From: Nemertoderma westbladi
Lineage: Eukaryota; Animalia; Xenacoelomorpha
Reading direction: 5' to 3'
DNA length: 64,000 bases
Assembly (NCBI GenBank): GCA_032718475.1
Contig: JAUCBJ010007620.1
Coordinates: forward strand, 1 to 64,000
Both the position numbers and the translations under genes were made by a program. This document shows, piece by piece, positions 24,931 through 35,566 of this stretch. Position 1 is the first letter of the stretch, and each line of letters opens with the position of its first letter. The notes under the pieces were generated by a model. It was given only the letters and a program-made list of their open reading frames with translations. It was not told the DNA's origin and did not search any database.

Positions 24931-26900
24931 TACCAACCTACGCCCTACGTCCCTGTACCAACCTAACCCCTACCCTACTACCAACCTAACCCCTACCCTA
25001 CTACCAACCTAACCCCTACCCTACGTCCCTGTACCAACCTAACCCCTGCCCTACTACCAACCTAACCCCTACCCTACGTCCCTGCTGTACCAACCTAACC
25101 CCTACCCTACTACCAACCTAACCCCTACCCTACTACCAACCTAACCCCTACCCTACGTCCCTGTACCAACCTAACCCCTACCCTACTACCAACCTAACCC
25201 CTACCCTACGTCCCTGTACCAACCTAACCCCTACCCTACTACCAACCTAACCCCTACCCTACGTCCCTGCTGTACCAACCTAACCCCTACCCTACTACCA
25301 ACCTAACCCCTACCCTACTACCAACCTAACCCCTACCCTACTACCAACCTAACCCCCACCCTACGTCCCTGCTGTACCAACCTAACCCCTACCCTACTAC
25401 CAACCTAACCCCTACCCTACTACCAACCTAACCCCTACCCTACTACCAACCTAACCCCTACCCTACGTCCCTGCTGTACCAACCTAACCCCTACCCTACT
25501 ACCAACCTAACCCCTACCCTACTACCAACCTAACCCCTACCCTACTACCAACCTAACCCCTACCCTACTACCAACCTAACCCCTACCCTACTACCAACCT
25601 AACCCCTACCCTACGTCCCTGTACCAACCTAACCCCTACCCTACTACAAACCTAACCCCTACCCTACGTCCCTGTACCAACCTAACCCCTACCCTACTAC
25701 CAACCTAACCCCTACCCTACTACCAACCTAACCCCTACCCTACGTCCCTGCTGTACCAACCTAACCCCTACCCTACTACCAACCTAACCCCTACCCTACG
25801 TCCCTGTACCAACCTAACCCCTACCCTACGTCCCTGTACCAACCTAACCCCTACCCTACTACCAACCTAACCCATACCCTACTACCAACCTAACCCCTAC
25901 CCTACGTCCCTGTACCAACCTAACCCCTACCCTACGTCCCTGTACCAACCTAACCCCTACCCTACGTCCCTGTACCAACCTAACCCCTACCCTACGTCCC
26001 TGTACCAACCTAACCCCTACCCTACGTCCATGTACCAACCTAACCCCTACCCTACGTCCCTGTACCAACCTAACCCCTACCCTACGTCCCTGTACCAACC
26101 TAACCCCTACCCTACGTCCCTGTACCAACCTAACCCCTACCCTACGTCCCTGTACCAACCTAACCCCTACCCTACGTCCCTGTACCAACCTAACCCCTAC
26201 CCTACGTCCCTGTACCAACCTAACCCCTACCCTACGTCCCTGTACCAACCTAACCCCTACCCTACGTCCCTGCTGTACCAACCTAACCCCTACCCTACGT
26301 CCCTGTAACATCCTAACCCCTACCCTACGTCCCTGCTGTACCAACCTAACCCCTACCCTACTACCCTTTACCAACCTAACCCCTACCCTACGTCCCTGTA
26401 CCAACCTAACCCCTACCCTACTACCAACCTAACCCCTACCCTACGTCCCTGTAACAACCTAACCCCTACCCTACGTCCCTGCTGTACCAACCTAACCCCT
26501 ACCCTACTACCCTTTACCAACCTAACCCCTACCCTACGTCCCTGCTGTACCAACCTAACCCCTACCCTACTACCAACCTAACCCCTACCCTACGTCCCTG
26601 CTGTACCAACCTAACCCCTACCCTACTACCAACCTAACCCCTACCCTACTTCCCTGCTGTACCAACCTAACCCCTACCCTACGTCCCTGTACCAACCTAA
26701 CCCCTAACCTACGTCCCTGTACCAACCTAACCCCTACCCTACTACCAACCTAACCCCTACCCTACTACCAACCTAACCCCTACCCTACGTCCCTGCTGTA
26801 CCAACCTAACCCCTACCCTACGTCCCTGCTGTACCAACCTAACCCCTACCCTACTACCAACCTAACCCCTACCCTACTACCAACCTAACCCCTACCCTAC
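24931..26900. repeat. C-rich/G-rich minisatellite, left part (units TACCAACCTAACCCCTACCCTAC with optional GTCCCTG or GTCCCTGCTG; 23/30/33 bp)
   Basis: Directly visible tandem array. Confidence 0.97.
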
Positions 26901-28274
26901 TGTTCGCGGTATTTCAACTTTCCATAACGCGAGTTGAATATTTCCGTATTTTATTAAAATTGATTATTCCGATATTACTACTGGGTGCGGGACCATGGGT
27001 TTTGAGCACATTCAATAAACTGGGGGCGATTTATGGGCGAACTTTGGGGCGACTTACAGGGTACGGGAATAATTTCATAGTTATAAGGGCCAGGGGGGGG
27101 GGGGGATGGAAAATTCAAGCAGTATTCAGGTTAGCCTGAGTACTATTAGGCCCTGGCCAACTTCCTGCTGCCTGTAGGGGTGGATTTGGTAATGCGCCAG
27201 GCCTAAAGGACAAGGACTGCCCTTAGCGGTCCCTGGCCAACAGCAGTTATTACGAGACTGAAAAGAACTCGGAACGCTGACTGCTTGTGTCAGGGATTTG
27301 CGACGGGAAACGACAGCCCCTTAGTAGCCAAGCCGTTCTGGTTCTCGATGATCGAACCCTTCGGGGTTCGTGAGGGGTGGAGCGGACACGCGAACGGGTG
27401 GCCGACTAACGACTGCCCCCTGAGCTAGTACTGGTTCTCGATGACCGATCCCTTCGGGGTTCGCGAGGGGTGGGACGGACATGCGAAAGGGCTGGCCACA
27501 GGACGGGTTTGACGAGGACTGCCCTTAGCGGTCTCTGGTCAACGGCAGCTATTACGAGACTGAAAAGAACTCGGAACGCTGACTGCTTGTACCGGGGATC
27601 TGCGACGGGAACCGACGACAGACCCCTTAGCCAAGCCGTACTGGTTCTCGATGATTGTTCCCTTCGGGGTTCGTGAGGGGTGGAACGGACACGCGAACGG
27701 GTCCACCGACACGACAGACTCCTAGCCAAGCCGTACTGGTTCTCGATGACCGATCCCTTCGGGGTTCGAGAGGGGCGGTACGGATACGCGACAGAGTCTA
27801 CCGACTGGACCGACCCTTAGCCAAGCCGGGCTGGTTCTCGATGATCGTTCCCTTCGGGGTTCGTGAGGGTTGGAACGGACACGCGACAGGGTCGACCGAC
27901 ACCGACACTACGGCACTAAGACTAGGACCGAGGGAAAATCTGGGGAACATTAGGTAGGCTAAAATCTGAGCGAACAGTGGGTAATTAAATAATATACCGT
28001 AGGGATTTATATTGTCGTGTATAATTATTGTGAATATTTGGTGTATATTGATTTGGGGAAGCCCAAAATTATTCTTAATCAGGTTTCAACTGTAGGAAGT
28101 TACATTAAAGAGTATATCCAACTAATGCAGCTTTTTATCAACCGCAAACTTGCATCTCAGAAAACATTCCTTCTCCACAATCAATATCCGGTGACTGGCC
28201 GGGACTCCGTGGTCTGTAAAGCCCCGCCTCCAGCATCGGCGTTTTTCCCCCCTGGTGTCGGGATAACGGCAACA
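26901..28274 (+). repeat. 5' LTR (1374 bp) with an internal structured-repeat array at about 27215-27905
   Basis: Near-identical to 39581-41177. Three GGGCGA boxes (27024-27052) precede a TATAA at about 27082, a candidate promoter. Confidence 0.95.
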
Positions 28275-28523
28275 AAATTAAGAATAATTATGCGGTCAAT
28301 TTTGACAGGGTGTCAAAATTAAGAATAATTACGGTCAACTTCAACTGGTGGAAGTTGAGAATCCTTCAATACTCTTCAAAACTCTCTACGTGCTTGCCAG
28401 CACCCACTACGAGGAAACTCTGGTATTTGAGTTGAGACGAAGTCGTGGTTTAATTAATCAACAAACTCGATCTAACCAACTCGTAGTCGGCAGATCACAT
28501 ATTTGGAGAGTTGTTAACAGGGA

Positions 28524-28715
28524 ATGGAAGTATCGATCACACCCATTGATATAATCCAAGTTGAGCCAGGAATCTGGCACGTCGAAGTTGAAGTACAAGG
28601 AACGAACGTCGGACGATTCAGGATTACCGTTCGGGTGGTCCAAGCTGAGTACAATACCTACGAGGAACTGTTTTATGACATCGCGTATCTAGCTATCGAC
28701 GAGGCGTTACAATGA
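28524..28715 (+). CDS. 63-aa upstream ORF whose stop overlaps the gag start (ATGA)
   Basis: TGA at 28713-28715 overlaps ATG at 28712-28714. Composition looks protein-like, but no family was recognised. Confidence 0.4.
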   Translation: MEVSITPIDIIQVEPGIWHVEVEVQGTNVGRFRITVRVVQAEYNTYEELFYDIAYLAIDEALQ

Positions 28716-29737
28716 CGACAAATAACGTATCCGATACCGACGAGATGGATCACCACACAGACTCGGAAGCCGACGAGGTACCAAACGTCAAGAACATGAC
28801 CCGTCGGCTAGGGGCTCTCAAAGGCGGAGTAACCCGAGCATATCAACGGATGGAGAAACAACTCAAGGGAGTCAAAACCCCCCTCAATGAGGTACAAACT
28901 CAGCTTCAAAGTATCCGAAATATCCTACAGCAGCGGTAGTAAAGAATGATACAGGCGTACCAAGAGCTCGTTCCCTCCACTGATCAGGAAAACTACCCCA
29001 AGTTGGAAGAACACGTTGTACATCTAGATGGGTTCCGCAAACAACACCGGAGGACCCTCAGCCTTGTGAGAGGCTATGAAGAACAGTATTACAAGAGGGC
29101 TGAAAGAACAGATGCGGAATCAGTACGATCCTCCAGCATCAGGACAGCAGTACATCGAAAGAGAACGGGGTCCGCTAGAAATCAGCACTCCAGCACTAGG
29201 AGCGAGATATCCGGCTCAGCGCGCAGTTCTCAAGGGGCGCCGCCACTCCGAGACCAACTGCGAGAACGGAAGGCATTAGCCCTCAAAGCTCGGATGGAAG
29301 ATTAGTATATTCAACTGCAAGCCGAGCAGGATGTATTAGCCGCCGAAACACAAAAGCGAGAGGCCGAACAAGCGGCCGAACGGCAGGCCGAACAACGCGA
29401 ACAGGAGGCCGAACAACATAGACGAGAGGACGAACGACATAAACGAGAGGCCGAACGGCAGGCCGAACAACGCGAACAAGAGGCCGAACAACATAGACGA
29501 GAGGCCGAACGGCAGGCCGAACAACGCGAACAAGAGGCCGAACAACATAGACGAGAGGCCGAACGGCAGGCCGAACAACGCAAACAGGAGGCCGAACGGC
29601 AGGCCAAACAACGCAAACGAGAGGACGAACGGCAGGCCGAACAACGCAAACAGGAGGCCGAACAACGCAAACAGGAGGCCGAACAACGCGGACGAGAGGC
29701 CGAACGAGAGATCGAACAACGTAAATGGGAAGCAGAA
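28712..29737 (+). pseudogene. gag: gag N-terminal region, in frame with the long ORF but with three in-frame stops; includes a charged coiled-coil repeat (about 29355-29710)
   Basis: Same frame as 29738. Stops are TAG TAA (28937-28942) and TAG (29303-29305). It has a BEL-like N-terminal helix 'RRLGALKGGVTR' and EAEQ/EAERQ repeats. Confidence 0.75.
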
Positions 29738-32700
29738 ATGCGTAAACAACACGCCGAGGCCCAAGCAATTCTCATCCACAATAAGAATGCGGATATTGCA
29801 AAACTCGCGGAATACGAAGCCGCACTTATAGAACGAGATATTCAACTCTACGAGGACTGGGAAAGGGATATAGATCAGGAATATGAACCAATCCCGGTAC
29901 CAGAATTAGAAAAGTCATTTATACCGACAGCGGCGAAACTTCCGAAACCCGAGATCCCGCCTACCAAACAGTCTACGCTATCGGCACAAGCACCGGTGTT
30001 CCATCCCCCACCGGCTACGCTAAAGAATGAGGAACCTTATTTCCCATCCAACACCACGACAGCGAGTGTACCCAAGTATGAGCCTGAAAAGGACTCGGAA
30101 CGGGACGCCACTCCCCGATCTAACAACCCATTTACGTCCACACCACAAACTCGTAGCCGCGTCATTATTAAAACTCCACCTATTATTGATCCATCAAGTA
30201 TGGGAGTGAGTGCCAATAACTATAACCCTCCGAGTCACTCCGGTTCAGACGACGTCAGCATCATCCGGGCGTTGGAGAACTGCCTTGCCATGCCTAAGAT
30301 GGAGATTCGCACCTTCGAAGGAGATCCCGTCGATTACCTCAGATTCAAGAAACGGTTCTTTGCGCAGATCGGATCAACGGACATAGCCGACGCACAGAAA
30401 TTGGTATATTTATCGCAATACCTGGGTGACAAACCACGCAGAATTATTGCATGTTTTGAAGGAGGTTCTCATGAGGCATACTATGACGCATGGAAAACTC
30501 TAGATAAAAGATACGGAAATACCGGAACTATAATTAATAAAACTCTAGAGAGACTGATACAGGACGCGGGATCACTAGGGGACCCACAGAACATCCAGGA
30601 ATTCTCCGACTCTATGAAGGATGCCTACTATACTCTGAAACCCTTAAATAAGGAGGACCAGGTGAACAACATTCTAAACCTCCGACAGATCGCCCGGAAG
30701 TTTCCCGGATGGTTACAAAGTAAGTGGGCTTATAAATGTGTAGATCTCCGGCGCAGACATCCAGATCGAGATCCTAGCTTCCTTGAAATGTCGGCATTCC
30801 TGGACGATATCTCCGAAGCCATGAATGACTCGATGTTTTCAAAACAGAGTCTCGCAAAGTTGGACGGAATAGAGAGCAACTCCAGGAGTAAGATAACCCC
30901 TCCGAAACCGAGATTCCGCCCCCCACCGGTGAGTACGATGGCCATCACCATGGCCGAGGATTCCGACGACGAAGACTACGAGGAACCGACATCCGCCGAG
31001 GAATGGGCATGTTATCTCGCGAGTTGGGCACCCGAAAGGGAAGGCATCACAAATTCCCTGCTCTGTCTCTTCTGTGGGGAGAAACATAAAGTGGAATTCT
31101 GCAGAAAGTTTCAGTTCGCCGAACTCGTCCCACGCTTCGAGGCGATAATGAAACACCGAGGATGCTTCCGGTGTCTTGGAACAGGTCACTATGTTCGGGA
31201 GTGCGACCAAAGATCATGCTGTGCTGTCTGTAACGACCAACGCCATCACACGCTCCTCCACATCCCCGCGAACTTCGATTTTACTACCCTCCCCTTTCGG
31301 ATCGAAGCCAGGCGAAGAGGAGAAACAAACCACGTCTTCAAAGGAACCCGGACAACCCAACGGAGAGAAACCAACCCGTTTAAAATCTCCACCGATACAC
31401 CACAAGTAACAAATATTTCGGCCACGATTAATCTTATAAATCGCCGCTACATGGTCTTCGCAAAGGTAATCCCAGTAAGGATCCAAGGAGTCGGCAAATC
31501 TTTGACGACACTCGCGTTCCTCGATAACGGGTCCGACGGAACCATCATCGACCGGGATTTCCTCGAGCAACTCGGCCTAGAATATGAACCTTGTAAACGG
31601 CCCATACAAACCATCACCGATAACAGAGAGGTAGAGTCCGGGGAGGTGCAACTCCAGATGGAAGGAGTGATGAAGGGCTACGAAACGGTTAAGTTAACCA
31701 TCAAGAACGCCTTGGTACACACAGACCTCCGGGTGCGGTTCCGACAATCAGCCGAGTACGCCCCCCTCATACAATTGGACCGAGACGATGTAGACCTGAG
31801 GTGTCCGCAGTTGGACGTAAACCGCATCACCCTACTGATCGGACTTGATACACCGGAACTACACATCCCCACCGGAGATATCGCCCGATCTATAAACCAG
31901 GATGACGGATTTTATGCTGAACGAACAATAATGGGATGGACACTCTGCGGCATTAAGGAGGAAACTACGGACACCTATACCTACCTTCCCAAATGCCAGA
32001 TTAAAGAGAATGCAACCTCCGTGGGTTATTGCTCAGCTTCGGATCTTGACGAGGATTTGTTTCTGGAAACCGAGAAAACCCAACGAGAGATGACGAAATA
32101 TTTTAATTTGGAGACCCAGGAGTTCGCGGAAAAGGACGAAAACCCATCCGAAGAGGACCAATATTGTATGGACGTTCTCGACCAGGCCACGTTTAAAGAC
32201 GGACACTGGTGTTCACCTATGTTATGGAAGGACCCAAACAAACCAATGGCAAACAACGCCAGCATGGCACTTAGGCGACTTAAAGGGATTCTACGCCGGC
32301 TGAATGACCAACCCGAGATAAAGGAGAAATATAATACCGTAATCCAAGGATATCTCGATGATGGATTAGCAGAAATGGTACCACGGAATGAACTGCAAGG
32401 TGGTAAAAGAACATATTATCTCCCAACCCACTATGTAGTAGAAGCCCGCAAAGGTGGGAAAATCCGAGTGGTAAATGATGCTGCCGCTATGTACCAGGGC
32501 GAATCCCTAAACAGTCAGCTTTACACGGGACCCAACATATATAGTACACTCATCGGCGTATTGATCAGGTTCAGGGAAAACCGGGTAGCATTCACCTGTG
32601 ACATCAAGGCCATGTTTCATCAAGTTCGTACGTTACCAAGAGACTCGGACTGTCTACGTATCCTATGGACGGATAAAACGCTTACTCAACAGGAGATTAG

Positions 32701-35566
32701 CCAACTCACGATAAAGGACGTAGACGTAATGCGTATGGTCGTCAGGATCTTCGGCGCTAAGGACTCGCCGGTAGCATGCAGTGACATGCTAAAGAGGACG
32801 GCAACTATGTGCGAAAACGAGTTCCCTCCAACCGTCATAGAAACCATTCGACGATGCTTCTACGTGGACGACGGATGCGCCGGCGCGGATAATGTGGATG
32901 AGGCATATCGGCTAGCAATGGGGATGGTAGAATGTCTAAAGAAAGGAGGGTTTCCGCTCGTGAAGTTCAGATCCCACGACAAAACACTTATGGAAAAGTT
33001 TCCGGAGGACATCCGGCTGGAAAATAACAAAATGTATTCGGAGGATGTGGAACATCGTGTACTCGGGATTGAATGGGACATAGAATCAGACGAATTCATC
33101 TTCAAATATAAACCCCTACCCAAGCCTATGACAAAAAGGGGATGTTTGTCGATAAAAAGCGCCATCTTCGACCCACTAAATTTCATATCTCCAGTAACCT
33201 TGGCCGGAATGAACCTGATTAAGGAAATGTGGATAGAAGGACTGGGATGGGACGAAGAGCTCCCCCCACACCTCAGCGTCAAATGGAGAAAATGGACGGA
33301 GCAGCTCGAACACCTACATCTTATGCGGATACCTAGACCGTTCTTCCTCGATAAATTACCCACCGATATCTTCCAGCTCCACACCTTTTCGGATGCTTCG
33401 AATACCGGAATCGGCGTAGTCACCTTCTTACGGAGACTAAGTAACGATGGAAACGGCGATACAAGCTTCTTATTCTCCAAAGCAAAGACAGTATCCGGGG
33501 AATTCGTAGCAACGATTCCGAGACTCGAGCTACAAGCTGCAGTTTGGGCAGTAAGACAGAATCGCATGGTCATGCGGAATCTACGGATCCCCATAGAATC
33601 TCAACACTTCTGGGTCGATTCGAGTATAGTTCTCTATTATCTCCACTCTCCATCACGGCGTCACACCACGTTTGTTGCAAACCGAGCCACGGAGATTAAA
33701 CAGTGTACCGGCCGAGAACAGTGGCATCACGTGAACGGGAAGGAAAACCCAGCGGACTTATCAAGCCGAGGCGCCACCCCAAAACAACTCGGTAAAAGTA
33801 AACTCTGGCTTACAGGCCCGGAATTCCTACGGCAGCCACAATTAACATGGAGTACCCGATTCGACCCCGAACTCGATAGCGGAAAATACTCCGAGGACGA
33901 TAAAGAGATCCGTAAAATCCATCGAAGCAACGCGGTGGAAATTTATTGTTGTCTGACTGAGCCTGCAAAGGACTCGGGCAGGCACTATAACGTCGCGACG
34001 ATCACCCAACTAGCGGCGTCTTTACATCAGTTGATCGAGCGAACTTCATCAATGAGACGGCTCGTCCACCACGTTATAACCCTTCGCAACTTCCTACGGT
34101 GGAAAAACAACAAACCGATAGTTCAACGGAATATACAAGAACTCATTATCGCGGAGAAGTGTATTGTTAGATATGTCCAGAGAGAAAGTTTCCCCGATGA
34201 ATGGGAACAACTTAGTGCGGGCAAAACATTGAAACCGGACAGCCCAGTCTACCAACTGAGACCAATGATGGGAGAGGACGGACTGATCCGACTAAATACC
34301 CGGATGGCAAACGCCCCGGTCGAATATGAGGTTAAATACCCGGCGCTTCTGCCCGGAACGTCGACACTAGCTAAGCTATTAATTCTACAATGTCACGAGG
34401 ACAACCACCACGCAGGACAGAATTGGATTATAGCTAATATAAGACAAAGATATTGGATCACCCACATCCAGCCACTGATCCGGAAAGTGTTGAAACGTTG
34501 CTTCACCTGCAGACGTTACCTAGCGCCACCAATCACCCAAAAGATGGCCGACTTACCAGCCACCCGTCTACAAGCGGATTCCCCACCATTCTACGTCACC
34601 GGAGTGGACTGTTTCGGACCGTTCACGGTTATTGAACGACGATCCAACATCAAATGCTGGGGAGCCATCTTCACCTGCCTAAGGTCTAGGGCAATTTACC
34701 TAGATATCGTGGTAAATCTGACACAACACGCATTCATCAACGCTCTGCGTCGGTTCGTGGCGAACAACGGGACATGCCGCCACATGTATTCCGATAACGG
34801 TACAAACTTTGTGGGAGGAGAAAGAGAACTTAGAGAGGCGATCGAGGGATGGTTTACCGATAACACCGCATCCCAAGTCTGGAAGGAACACCAGATACAG
34901 TGGCACTTCCAGACCCCCTTAGCACCCCATACGAGTGGGGTATGGGAGAAACTGATCGACCTAGTGAAACGATCCATGCGCGTCGCTCTAGGCGATACCC
35001 GGGTAACCCATGACACCCTCCGCACAACATTCTGCGAGATCACGGCTACCCTGAACAACCGACCCATTGTCCCTATCCGCGACGACCCCACAGACCTGGA
35101 GCCCCTCACTCCTAACCACTTACTGGGGAGACCCAAAACCCACATCCTCCCGGAAACCATGTTCCCGGATCCCAACGAGATCGCGAAACATACAAACTGG
35201 AAAAAGGCCCAAGCGTTAGCAGCGCATTGGTGGAGAATTTGGGCCCAGGAGTACCTCATAACCCTCCGGACCAGGAGGAAATGGAACAACACCTACCGGA
35301 ACGTCGCAGTTGGCGACATGGTACTAGTTAAAGAAGATCTCAAAGACCGCGTTCACTGGCCTGTGGCGCGGGTCGTGACCATACACCCAAGCAAAGACGG
35401 ACTTGCGAGGACTGTGATGATACGAACGGCAAAGGGCCACTACCAACGCCCTATCCAGAGGCTGTGCCTTCTCGAAGGCAAGGACAGTGGTGATTCTACG
35501 AGAGGTGATAAGACCCCTACTCAAGATCCTGCTGTGGACATTGGTGACAATTACAAACCCGTGTAA
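29738..35566 (+). CDS. BEL/Pao Gag-Pol polyprotein (gag core, 3 Zn knuckles, protease, RT, RNase H, integrase)
   Basis: 'FEGDPVDYLRF' gag; CLFC..H..C, CFRC..GH..C and CAVC..HHTLLH knuckles; 'FLDNGSD'; 'DIKAMF', 'YVDD'; 'FSDAS', 'TIPRLELQAA', 'NPADLSSRG'; 'GVDCFGP', 'SDNGTNF', 'LTPNHLL'. Confidence 0.97.
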   Translation: MRKQHAEAQAILIHNKNADIAKLAEYEAALIERDIQLYEDWERDIDQEYEPIPVPELEKSFIPTAAKLPKPEIPPTKQSTLSAQAPVFHPPPATLKNEEPYFPSNTTTASVPKYEPEKDSERDATPRSNNPFTSTPQTRSRVIIKTPPIIDPSSMGVSANNYNPPSHSGSDDVSIIRALENCLAMPKMEIRTFEGDPVDYLRFKKRFFAQIGSTDIADAQKLVYLSQYLGDKPRRIIACFEGGSHEAYYDAWKTLDKRYGNTGTIINKTLERLIQDAGSLGDPQNIQEFSDSMKDAYYTLKPLNKEDQVNNILNLRQIARKFPGWLQSKWAYKCVDLRRRHPDRDPSFLEMSAFLDDISEAMNDSMFSKQSLAKLDGIESNSRSKITPPKPRFRPPPVSTMAITMAEDSDDEDYEEPTSAEEWACYLASWAPEREGITNSLLCLFCGEKHKVEFCRKFQFAELVPRFEAIMKHRGCFRCLGTGHYVRECDQRSCCAVCNDQRHHTLLHIPANFDFTTLPFRIEARRRGETNHVFKGTRTTQRRETNPFKISTDTPQVTNISATINLINRRYMVFAKVIPVRIQGVGKSLTTLAFLDNGSDGTIIDRDFLEQLGLEYEPCKRPIQTITDNREVESGEVQLQMEGVMKGYETVKLTIKNALVHTDLRVRFRQSAEYAPLIQLDRDDVDLRCPQLDVNRITLLIGLDTPELHIPTGDIARSINQDDGFYAERTIMGWTLCGIKEETTDTYTYLPKCQIKENATSVGYCSASDLDEDLFLETEKTQREMTKYFNLETQEFAEKDENPSEEDQYCMDVLDQATFKDGHWCSPMLWKDPNKPMANNASMALRRLKGILRRLNDQPEIKEKYNTVIQGYLDDGLAEMVPRNELQGGKRTYYLPTHYVVEARKGGKIRVVNDAAAMYQGESLNSQLYTGPNIYSTLIGVLIRFRENRVAFTCDIKAMFHQVRTLPRDSDCLRILWTDKTLTQQEISQLTIKDVDVMRMVVRIFGAKDSPVACSDMLKRTATMCENEFPPTVIETIRRCFYVDDGCAGADNVDEAYRLAMGMVECLKKGGFPLVKFRSHDKTLMEKFPEDIRLENNKMYSEDVEHRVLGIEWDIESDEFIFKYKPLPKPMTKRGCLSIKSAIFDPLNFISPVTLAGMNLIKEMWIEGLGWDEELPPHLSVKWRKWTEQLEHLHLMRIPRPFFLDKLPTDIFQLHTFSDASNTGIGVVTFLRRLSNDGNGDTSFLFSKAKTVSGEFVATIPRLELQAAVWAVRQNRMVMRNLRIPIESQHFWVDSSIVLYYLHSPSRRHTTFVANRATEIKQCTGREQWHHVNGKENPADLSSRGATPKQLGKSKLWLTGPEFLRQPQLTWSTRFDPELDSGKYSEDDKEIRKIHRSNAVEIYCCLTEPAKDSGRHYNVATITQLAASLHQLIERTSSMRRLVHHVITLRNFLRWKNNKPIVQRNIQELIIAEKCIVRYVQRESFPDEWEQLSAGKTLKPDSPVYQLRPMMGEDGLIRLNTRMANAPVEYEVKYPALLPGTSTLAKLLILQCHEDNHHAGQNWIIANIRQRYWITHIQPLIRKVLKRCFTCRRYLAPPITQKMADLPATRLQADSPPFYVTGVDCFGPFTVIERRSNIKCWGAIFTCLRSRAIYLDIVVNLTQHAFINALRRFVANNGTCRHMYSDNGTNFVGGERELREAIEGWFTDNTASQVWKEHQIQWHFQTPLAPHTSGVWEKLIDLVKRSMRVALGDTRVTHDTLRTTFCEITATLNNRPIVPIRDDPTDLEPLTPNHLLGRPKTHILPETMFPDPNEIAKHTNWKKAQALAAHWWRIWAQEYLITLRTRRKWNNTYRNVAVGDMVLVKEDLKDRVHWPVARVVTIHPSKDGLARTVMIRTAKGHYQRPIQRLCLLEGKDSGDSTRGDKTPTQDPAVDIGDNYKPV

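Noticed and set aside
25859-26404. Repetitive ORFs (VQGRRVGVRL)n and (YQPNPYPTSL)n, also at 42984-43868
   Set aside because: They are translations of the 30-bp minisatellite, broken wherever a 23-bp unit occurs, and lie in an intron.
24931-26900. Possible true telomere or interstitial telomeric array
   Set aside because: TTAGG occurs only once per 23-33-bp unit; there is no pure (TTAGG)n or (TTAGGG)n tract.
27333-27385. SECIS element (AUGA...GA core) in the LTR repeats
   Set aside because: The upper helix is only 7 bp with a UUCG loop and no apical AAR, and the in-frame gag stops are UAG/UAA, not UGA. Kept only as a generic k-turn.
28937-29305. Alternative genetic code (TAR = Gln)
   Set aside because: The long ORFs contain no internal TAA/TAG and themselves end in TAA/TAG, so the standard code fits.
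29283-29845. Minus-strand Cys-rich and hydrophobic repeat ORFs
   Set aside because: They are antisense shadows of the gag coiled-coil repeat.
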